64,000 bases of DNA from Callorhinchus milii (taxonomy: Eukaryota), in the NCBI RefSeq assembly GCF_018977255.1, contig NW_024704745.1:21018001-21082000 (forward strand), read 5' to 3'. The position numbers and the translations under genes were made by a program. The notes beneath the pieces were generated by a model. It did no database searches. It saw only the letters and a program-made list of their open reading frames with translations, and was not told the DNA's origin. Below are positions 1 to 21,670 of the stretch, in pieces (positions within the stretch are counted from its first letter, which is position 1; every line of letters starts with the position of its first letter).

Positions 1-550
1 TACCTATCACATAAACTAAATGTCCCAAACAAGTAAAATTATGAAAAATGAAGTGAATGACCTTATACAGGCAAATACAGTAAAAAATCTGCATGGTCAA
101 TATCCCATAAATTACAATAAAGCTGGTGAATTTTAATTTGGAGGTAATGATTGGATAAGAAGGGAATCATAAAGCGTAAATGTGATTAAGCAGGAGGAAA
201 AAAATCATGTTTCTTTGAAATAACAAGAGGGCAGTCCCTTTCTGTCCATTTAAATTTAAAATCCATCGTATCTAGACCTACCTCTTTTACCGTGCTTCCA
301 GTCATCTTTCCCCTCCCCACCCTGTTTAGCTCCCACTCCCAGCTATACATGAAAGGTGTTATATAAATGTAAATTTGTATTGATTAAACTCACAAGGAGA
401 CAGAATTTAAATCATACACTTTTCTAATCTTCCTGAAATAAGATTATCCCAATGATGTATGTGTTTGATGATTTCATCAAGGCCTCCTTTGCTAATAGCA
501 AGTGAATAAATTGAGCTACAGCAAGCGAAAATAGTGGGGTAATCCTTCCA

Positions 551-1130
551 ATGTTTAAATCATTGGTGAGACCATACTTTGAGTACTATGTATAGTTCTG
601 GTCGCCGCAGTCCAAAAAGGATATTGAAGAAATTGAGAAGATACAGAGAAGGGCAACCAAAATGATTGAGGGAATGGAAGGACTGGACTTTGAGGAGCGA
701 CTAAGTAAATTGGGTATGTTCACGCTGGAAAAGAGAAGATTGAGAGGCGACATGATTGCTATCTGTAAGATTCTAAACACTGTATTCTAGACAATACAGA
801 TCATGACAGGCTGTTTCAACTTGTCCAGAATAGTAAAGCCAGAGGCTATGGACTGCGATTGAAGGCGGGTAAATTCAGAACAAATCTATGCAAACACTAT
901 TTCAGTCTGCGAATAGTGAACCTGTGGAACAGGCTTTCTAGGGACATGGTTGAAGCAGGAAGTGTTGATTCTTTCAAACACAGATTAGATAAGTTTTCTT
1001 TTAGAAAATAACATTTTGGGATATAGTTCATAGGTAGTTCGGGACATATGTGTATGCGACCGCGAGGAAGGTGGAAGGCGAACTAGATGGACCTTGAACT
1101 TTTTTCGTTTAGCATTTCTTACGTTCTTAT
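551..1130 (+). mobile_element. CR1-type LINE 3' fragment
   Basis: Translates to LVRPYFEY..FWSP..KKDIEEIEKIQRRATKMI..LEKRRLRGDMI, followed by a CR1-like 3' UTR/tail. Confidence 0.85.
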
Positions 1131-1249
1131 TTACTGAAGGAGACAGGGTAACTCGATTTGAGGTAACGAGATGAGTTTCTGGAGAATGAGATTGAGGAGG
1201 GTGGTAATATGAGATTCAGAACTATCACAAAAGATGGCATTATATTGAG

Positions 1250-1557
1250 CACCTGCCTACCTCTCTGACCTGCTCACCCCCAACCCACAATCCGCTGCCT
1301 CCGCTCGACTGGCTTCTGCATGTCTCTCGTGCCCCTCCATTCCACCATTGGTGGCCGAAACTCTGGAACACTCTTCCTCTATCCCTCCATTTGCCCCTTC
1401 CTTCACCATCTTCAGGTCGTGCCTGAAGACCTTCCTCTTCGACTGCACCTACGGTCACCTCCCTTCCTCCCGGCTTGGCATCGTGCTCTGCCACTGTCAA
1501 GCGCTCTCAGATGCTACCCTGAGTGAGGAGCGCTATATAAATGCAAGTTGTTATATA
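1250..1557 (+). mobile_element. L2-clade LINE 3' fragment
   Basis: [12 protein letters not shown]-terminus and gcgctatataaatgcaagttgtt tail. Confidence 0.8.
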
Positions 1558-1604
1558 ACAATTTTCTCCTGTTCCTAAAACGTATCATGCTCCATACAAT
1601 ATCA

Positions 1605-14086
<12,482 letters not shown>

Positions 14087-14329
14087 ACTAGATCCTGTCA
14101 AAAATATATTCAAATCAAAATAGGCAGATTTCAAGATTACAAAAGTTCCCTTTGAGCTGGTGAAGAAGTTTTACTGTGGCAAGATCAATTCAGTATTGAA
14201 ATATGGATGTGGCAATTTCTTCTGGGTTCAATACAGTGTAACATTAAAGATGTGGACCATATAATCGTTCAACTGTTTTTCTTGCCCAGTGAATGATCAC
14301 TTTAGAATTGTCAAGAGGTAAATCTTATC

Positions 14330-14833
14330 CTGTAACAAAAACAGAAGTCGCTGGGAAAACTCATGGGTCAGGCAGCATCTATGGAGAAAGGAAAGTGAGT
14401 CAATGTTTCGGGTCCACGACCCTTCGTCAGAACTAGGGCATGTTGGGAGGGAGAGGCTTTTAAGGGCTAACAAAGAGTGGGGAGTCAGGGCAAGGAAAAT
14501 AAAAGAGAAAATGGGGTGGAGGACAGGGGATGATGGGTTAGGGTTAGGGTTAGTGATGCAAAACAAAGGGGAGGATTGCAACAAAACAGGGGAATAGAGA
14601 TGTTGTTAATGCAAAACAAAGAAGGGAAAAAATTGCAACAAAATAGGCAGACCAGAGAAAGAAAAGGTGTGCCTGGGACCCAGATGATAATGGTAATGGT
14701 CACAGAAGAGGAGCTTCCTTTAAACTCAAGGAACATTTATCTGCTAGGGACCTTACAGCACTCTGGCCTCAATATTGATTTCAACAATTTCAGACCATAA
14801 CAGCTCACCTTCCCCCTCCCCCTCCCCCTCTTC
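14330..14833. mobile_element. Penelope-like element fragment with internal inversion
   Basis: + strand 14730-14800 encodes LGTLQHSGLNIDFNNFRP*, the end of a GIY-YIG ORF. 14330-14720 is the 3' UTR/pLTR in the opposite orientation and carries a hammerhead core. Confidence 0.75.
14398..14434 (-). ncRNA. Minimal type I hammerhead ribozyme-like motif (Penelope-associated), possibly degenerate
   Basis: AGTT-CTGACGA-A-GGGTC-GTG-GACCC-GAAAC-ATT-GACT: CUGANGA and GAAA boxes, perfect 5-bp stem II, stem I AGTT/GACT. Confidence 0.65.
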
Positions 14834-14865
14834 TGGGTTAATAAGAGCTGATTGGGAGGATTCCA

Positions 14866-14891
14866 CCCCCCCCCCCCCCCCCCCCCCCCCC
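14866..14891. repeat. C26 homopolymer (G-run on the CLCN4 sense strand)
   Basis: Seen directly. Confidence 0.9.
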
Positions 14892-15829
14892 ACCCAGTGA
14901 CTGGTCTGTTGTTCCAAGTTCTGCAATGAAGGAGGGAAAAACCAAGAAAATCCAGAATGCTTAAAAAAAAGCCTTCTAGCACACAGCTTGAAAGGAGTGT
15001 AAGAATATAAAATAAGGGCAAAATCAGATGTGTGCCCTCGCTGGCAGCTACATAGCTAAACAAATTCCAAGCACAGAAAGTAGAACTGAGCCTGTAGCTT
15101 TCAAGAATATTTCAGTAGATGTGTCTCTTAACAGATGTCAGAGGCATGTTTCAGCTGGGGTGGAATTTCGTCTGTGGAGATTTCAAAGATTAAGTGAAAT
15201 TCCTGGGGATCGATCAAATATTGAAGTACTACCACACCTTCAGGAAGGTGTCTGCAGACATTTTAGGAAATTGAGTCAGCGTCACTGAAAACCAGAGGCT
15301 GAGAGTTCCAACACACTTGCCCAGTGTGCTTTTTTTTATTACAAAAATGTACCCAGCAGTTCGTAGCCACTAGAAATCACTGTGAACGAGCTGTCAGACA
15401 CTGCAAACAGTGCTTGAGTGTGATGAGACTGGCTTGCTACTGATCTACGTGGCACTGGCTTTGCAAGAAGGTAAACAAACAAATGGACCAGGCACATGTC
15501 ATTTCATAAAGATTATATTCATCATAAAGGGTTCATCGATGTGCGTATTAGGTCTGACTTCCTATTGCTGAATTGCTGAATTTGCAGAGAAATAAATAAC
15601 ATACACAAACCACTACTGACAAAATGTGATGTGCAACAAAAGCAGCAGTTGGCTATTTCTATTTTGGTACATACTGTATATACTTTTCCTTTGAGGCATT
15701 ACATTTCAATGGAATATTAATGTTTTCTGTATCCTATTTGTTCAAAGAGAGGCAGATAGAAAGGGAAGAAAGACAGTAAGAGACAAAGAAACAAAAAATA
15801 CATTGAATCACCAAAGACATTACATCACA

Positions 15830-16177
15830 GAGAGGGAAAGAGGAAATCATCTTAAAGTAACTGTTTCACATCGGTGATATTACCTCTCCTTCAACAACTT
15901 GCTACTTCTTGTTTTTTTCTATTATTTACTCACCAAGCCTATGCTGGCTCCAGCTCATCCATTAGAGCTGGGTACCCTAATGTTAATGCTCTGCTCTTAA
16001 GAAACTTAAAGGAAATAGGGAACCAGCAAAAGAAATGAAGGGGTAAAGGGAAGGGATAGGAGAGAGGAGGAAAAAGGGTGAGGGAGAACAAAGAGGGGAA
16101 AGAGGAAAGAATCTTACGGCAACTGTTGTTTCACATCAGTGATATCACCTTCCCTTCAACAACTTGCTAATTCTTGT
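15830..16177. repeat. ~80-bp imperfect direct repeat (15830-15912 and 16092-16177)
   Basis: Shared gaaagaggaaa..atctta..aactg..tttcacatc(g/a)gtgatat(t/c)acct..ccttcaacaacttgcta..ttcttgt. Confidence 0.85.
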
Positions 16178-17360
16178 GCTCTGGGTCTCCAGTTGTGGCC
16201 TGCCTGGTTGTGAGATCGTAGCACGGTAGATTCACTTCTCACTCCCTTTTCTTCTCTCTGATGGAATCCTGTTACATTACAGATAAGGATAGTGGCTTTG
16301 ACTTGTCAACTGCCCACAATAACAGCTGAAATGAGAGGGTTTTAATCACTCAAAAGGTACAGGATGTTGGGAGCATTGGATACTTGAGGAGGACATGGCT
16401 TAGGATTTGTAACCGTTTTACAAAATGTTGGTAACACTTATTTACTGTAGCTGTCGATTCTCTCAATCACTATAATGTCTTGGTCTTGTTCTCCCTCTTT
16501 CCAAATTCTATGAAAATAGATTTCATAGAAATAAATCTGATGCCATATTTTACATGCCTTTCAGTTACACGTCAGTTCTTTAAACATATTAGGAGCATGT
16601 CTTTACTGGAGATGAATAGTGGAACTTCAACATAACAAACTGATTGAAAGTGTAGGACTCCCAGTGCGTTGAGGTGTTTGATTGAAATTCATAGGTCGAT
16701 ACATTTTAGGTACCATTCAGAGTGGAAAAATCAGCATAACTAGCACCGAAGGATAAGGAAGAAAGCCATAAGTTCTCTGGAGAGGGTCATACATCAAAAC
16801 GATGAATTAACATAGAAAAGGCTATTAACATTAGCTGCCATCAAAGCATCATCAAGGGAATGAGGCTGTCATCCTTTCCTGTGTAAAGTTCCTTTATGGG
16901 AAAAGAAAACAGAGTTTAAGATTCCTAGAAGTTAGAAAAATATTTTCAGGTTTAAAAGAGAGGGGGCATTCAGAAAAGTGGAGATTTGAGTTGAGGTCAG
17001 ATGATTAAATCATTTTGAAAAGTGTTGCTCATTTTGGATTTTTGCTTTCCAACATTGTGAGGATTTCCATTAATCTGTGGCTTATACAGTTGCAATAACA
17101 TTGTGTGTGTGTGTGTGTGGTGGTTGGGATGGGAAGGGAGAGGAAAAAAAGAAAATTTAAAACATATTACAAAAAGACACTTTTAACCCAATATACTATT
17201 CTATCTCATTTTCACTGTAAGTTGCAGGGAGAAATGGGAAACTTTGCTAAATTGACAATTAACAATAACAAGTATGTGAGTGGATGCCCAGTGAGGACAG
17301 GGATAGGATGGAGCTTAGCAGAGCCAAATTATCTCCTGACACTTACTAACTAAGATCCTA

Positions 17361-17798
17361 GGTGTCAGCCTTACTCTTTTGGTAGTACTCTCTCTCTGAG
17401 TAAGAGGTTTGAGTGTTCAGGCCTCACAGCAAGACTTTGAACTCACAGTCTAGGCTGACACGCCAGTAAATTGCTGGGTGAACCTTCACTATATTGTCGG
17501 AGGTGCTGTCCTTTGGATTAGATGTTAAACCGAGGCCCCATCTGCCTGTTCAGACGGACTTTAAAGATCCCATAACTCTATTTGAATAGAGAAGGGAGTT
17601 TCTCTTGGTGTCCGAGCCAACAAACCCTGTGGTAAATTGGTCATTCACTTCATGACTGTTGTGGGATGTTGCTGTATGCAAATTGACTGCCACATGCATT
17701 TACAAAATGCACAGTGACTACATTTTACAGTAAATCCTGTGAAACGCTTTGAAATGTCCTCGCATGAAAGGCACCATATCAAATTCAAGGATTATTAT
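17361..17798 (+). mobile_element. Full-length Deu-domain SINE (tRNA head, Deu core, L2-type tail)
   Basis: ggtgtcagcc head; Deu core gaggtgctgtcctttgga..gatgttaaaccgaggccccatctgcctgttcag..aaagatccca; tail aaggattatta. Confidence 0.85.
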
Positions 17799-18009
17799 AT
17801 GAAGAATAGTCATTTGGATGAGATAGGTGAATGTCCATATTCAGTCATCTGCCAGTCTGGCCAAAATCTAGGTTCATGTCAAAGTGTGGGATATAATAGT
17901 GAACCTGGAGATATGGTATCCAAATATGTTAATAATCATGTTTTCAGAAGCAGGTTATCAATAAATAAACCACTTTTCTCCCACCCCCCTCGCTGTATAA
18001 ATCAATAAT

Positions 18010-18580
18010 ATCATAGAATCATAGATTAATGCAGCACAGAGGAGGCCATTCGGCCCATCGTGTCTGTGACAGCTCTTTGAAAAGAGTTATCCAAATCAAT
18101 CCCACTCCCCCACTCTCTCCCATAACCCTGCAAATCTGTCCTTCCCAAATAATTATCTACTTCTCTTTTAAAAGTTGTTATTGAATGGGCTTCCACCACC
18201 CTTTCAGGCATGCATTCCTGATCCGAACAACTAGCTGTTTGAAAAATTTTCTCCTTACCTTTGTTTCTTTTAACAACTATTTTAAATCGGTGTCCTTGGG
18301 TTACTGACCCACCCGCCAGTGGAAATAGTTTCTTCTTGTTCACCCTATCAAATCCCCTCATCACCTTGAAAACTTCTATTAAGTCTCCTCTTAAACTTCT
18401 CTGCTCCAAGGAGAATAATCCTAGCTTCTCTAGCCTCTCCTGATAACTGAAGTCCCTCATTCCTGGTACCATCCTGGTAAATCTCCTTTGCACCCTCTCC
18501 AATGCCTTGGCATCCTTCCTAAAGTGTGGTGCCCAGAACTGAACACAGTACTCTAGCTGAGGCCTAACCAGTGTTTTATA
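18010..18580 (-). mobile_element. CR1-type LINE 3' end
   Basis: ERVQRRFTRMVPGMRDFSYQERLEKLGLFSLE..RGDLIEVFK; (ATTCTATG)-like tail. Confidence 0.9.
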
Positions 18581-19789
18581 ATATATATATATCTTCCTGC
18601 AACATTCTTATATTTATTTTATATTCTTTTTTATTCATTTATTTTAAATTCACTTGTTTTCTGGAACAATTTGCATCTTCCCTGCAGCTACTGCAAAATT
18701 TGCAAACCATTACTCATTAACAAGAATCAATAGCACTGTCATTCAAATATTGCAAAATGGACAATCTAATACCAGAATAAGTGTTGATTAATTCACCTCT
18801 GTGCTTGGGTACAGTATACGGCATTACAAAACAAAAAATTCACTTTAGCTGAAATTACTCTGCAAATAACAGCACTGAACATACATATCCCTTGTGAAAA
18901 CAGCCATGACACTAACCTGCTAGTGGAATCAACATTGGGTCTCATTGTGTCTTGGCCTGACTGCTTGCATAAACACGTAAAAAAGGAATAAGTTCTAAGG
19001 ATATAGGGACAAGGCTTTCTCTAGAGTTAACAACCACTTAATTTTATAATAATAAAATAATAATCCTTGCATTTGATATAGCGTCTTATCACATTTTGAG
19101 ACATCTCAAAGAGTATCCCAGAATACACTGTAAAGTGAATTGACAGTGTATTTTGTGAGCGAAACACAGCAGCTTCATCACATTCACAGGTGAAAAAGCT
19201 TTATACTGTATATTTACCTCACCGCACACTGTTTAATCATTTTAAGCATCTAAATTCATTAAAATAACCAGTACACTGGTTTTAGATACACACTATTTCA
19301 ACATAAAGCAGAGTACTTAAAAAATTCTTAACAGCTGCTCATACTGCACTCCCAATCCCAGATAACTAGCCCTTAAACCTTCAGCACTTGTTTTTTCCTT
19401 TCATTTGCTGCAGTGTTGAGTCACCCATTTGATGAGTCACATTGGAGATGCAGCAGAGTAATCAAAGTGCAATTCAGCTGCTCTACGCTAAGATTTACTA
19501 GCAGAATTGTATTCCTTTAGGGATGTAAGTTTGGTATGCACTAAAGAAAAGTAGAGCATGCTGTTTTTCTTAAATTTCACAAGCACCTCCCTTTTCTTTG
19601 ACTGTCACACTCACAGGACGCAATAGCTGCTATATTCCAGAACAGTTATATATTTCCTTATACAGTAATTAGCACTTTTTGCTATAATATACTCCAAAAA
19701 TGAATAAATTCCCTGGCATGACATGAAGACAATGCAGTACATTCATCCAATAATCCAATTTGCTTTATTTATGTCAGCCGAAAGATTTA

Positions 19790-20277
19790 GGTGGCAGCCT
19801 GCCTCCGTTGGCAGCCTAGGAATTCAAAGGGGTCTTTGGGGACTATGAGCTCACAGTCAAGCCTGTCATTCCAGTGCAATGCTGTGGCGAGAACTCCATT
19901 ATCAGAGGTGGCATCCTTCAGGTGACATTAAACCAAGGTCCCATCTTCTATTCAGGTGGACAATAAAGATCCTGTGGCACAATTTAAAAAGAGAAGGCTG
20001 TTTCTCCTGGTGTGCTAGCCCAGAATCCAATCAAATAAAATTGATCATTCGCTTCATGGCTGTTTTAAGCACTCCCGAGACACTGCTCTGTGTGAAGGGG
20101 ACTAATCAAACACAAGTTGTTGTTGTTTGTGGGACATTGGTGTAGAAAATTGGTTGCAATTTTGCCTCCAAAGACACAGTATTACATTACTTTGCAATAA
20201 ATCCTGTGAAGTGCTTTGCGATATCTTTGACTTGGTAAAGCATTATATCAAATGTAGGATTATTATATTATTATTAT
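19790..20277 (+). mobile_element. Deu-domain SINE
   Basis: Deu core and shared tail. Confidence 0.75.
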
Positions 20278-20466
20278 ACCTTTTGACCTGCTCTCCCACA
20301 TTAAGTGATTTATGTACTTGCAGCCCCAGATCCCTCTTATCCTTCAGGCTATATTTTAACTCCCTATTTTTTGTAATATTGACCACTCTATGTGGAAAAT
20401 TGTTACACTTGAACTGAGTACATTTATCAACATTATAAGCTGCATCTGCTACTTAGCCAACCATTT

Positions 20467-20787
20467 ATAATAATATAGTAACAATCCTTGCATTTGATAT
20501 AGCGCTTTTTCACATTTTCTCAACGTCTCAAAGCGTTTCACAGAATATGCTGTAAAGTGAATTGATCGTATATTTGTGGGCGAAACGCGGCAGCCAATTG
20601 CTTACAGCAGTGTCCCACAAACAGTCGTGGATTGAAAATGACCAATTTATCATTGGTTTTTTTTGGAGGGTTTATTATTAGGCGTGTGAGGTGAGGAAAC
20701 TTGCCCAAGGTTTCGCCCTGCCAGGAATTGAACCCAGGTGTCTCGCTTGCAAGGCGAGTGCTCTAACCACTGAGCTACAGGACTCCA
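20467..20787 (-). mobile_element. tRNA-Ala-like-headed SINE, same family as 9251-9627, internally shortened
   Basis: Head folds as a near-complete cloverleaf (20714-20784), followed by CCTTGGGCAAGTTTCC and the shared tail. Confidence 0.85.
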
Positions 20788-21670
20788 CAAAAGCGCTTCA
20801 CAGGATATACTGTAAATTGTTGAGCGAACATTGCAGCCAATATGCCTACGGCAATGTCTCACAAGCAGCCATGGAGTAAGTGAGCAATTTTATTTGGGGG
20901 ATTGTCCAATACCATCTGGACACCTGAAAATCTTTAACATGGTTAAAAGTCTATAACTGGAAGGCATGGAAAGGTTTAGAACAAGGTACGTGAACAGAGA
21001 GTTCAAAAGCAATTATTTTACACAGAAAGTGGTGATTTTTTTTTACATTCTCGGGAGATGGATGATGCTTAATAAGTGGAGTGGACCACCCGGAGGGACA
21101 GTTGGTGTTAGCAAATTCAACCAGGAAATGCTTTCTTATTTGACAAAGATTTCAGTTGAAAGGTATAAGATGCATAGTAGTGTAAGATTATTTCTAAATT
21201 GTTTCAATTTATATATTTTTTTAATGATGTTGAGACTGGTCACTTGGTCTCTTCCAGTCCTGTATATCCCTATGACCCTTATGCAATCCCTCTACCCAAG
21301 GCTCTATTCTACCCTGAAAAGAAGCTTGTTTTGCTTTACAAAGCTGGTGGCATGTTATTTTAGTTGAAACCTTTAAGAAGCTGGGATTTGAAACTGTAGG
21401 TAAGAGGTAGATCCAAGACTGGGACTGAAAGTCAGGGTATAAATCAAAGGCTTACTCACAGTCTGCATTTAGTCACAGTTAGTATCTGACCCAGGCAGAC
21501 CAGCATAAAAGAAAAATACAGTTACTCTCAAGAGAGTTAATGAGAAGAAAATAATAATAATCCTTGTATTTGATATAGCGGGTTTAAACATGCCCTCGAG
21601 GTATCTCAAATGCTTCACAGGATTTTATTGTAAAGTGTAGTGACTATGTATTTTGTAGGTGAACACAACA

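Noticed and set aside
18917-18970. Possible CLCN4 upstream exon (CAG|gttagt; MLIPLAG in frame)
   Set aside because: No convincing acceptor or promoter context; donor-like hexamers occur by chance.
20714-20784. Genuine tRNA-Ala(TGC) gene
   Set aside because: It continues directly into a SINE body with no T-run terminator, a sister copy has a different anticodon, and G3:U70 is absent.
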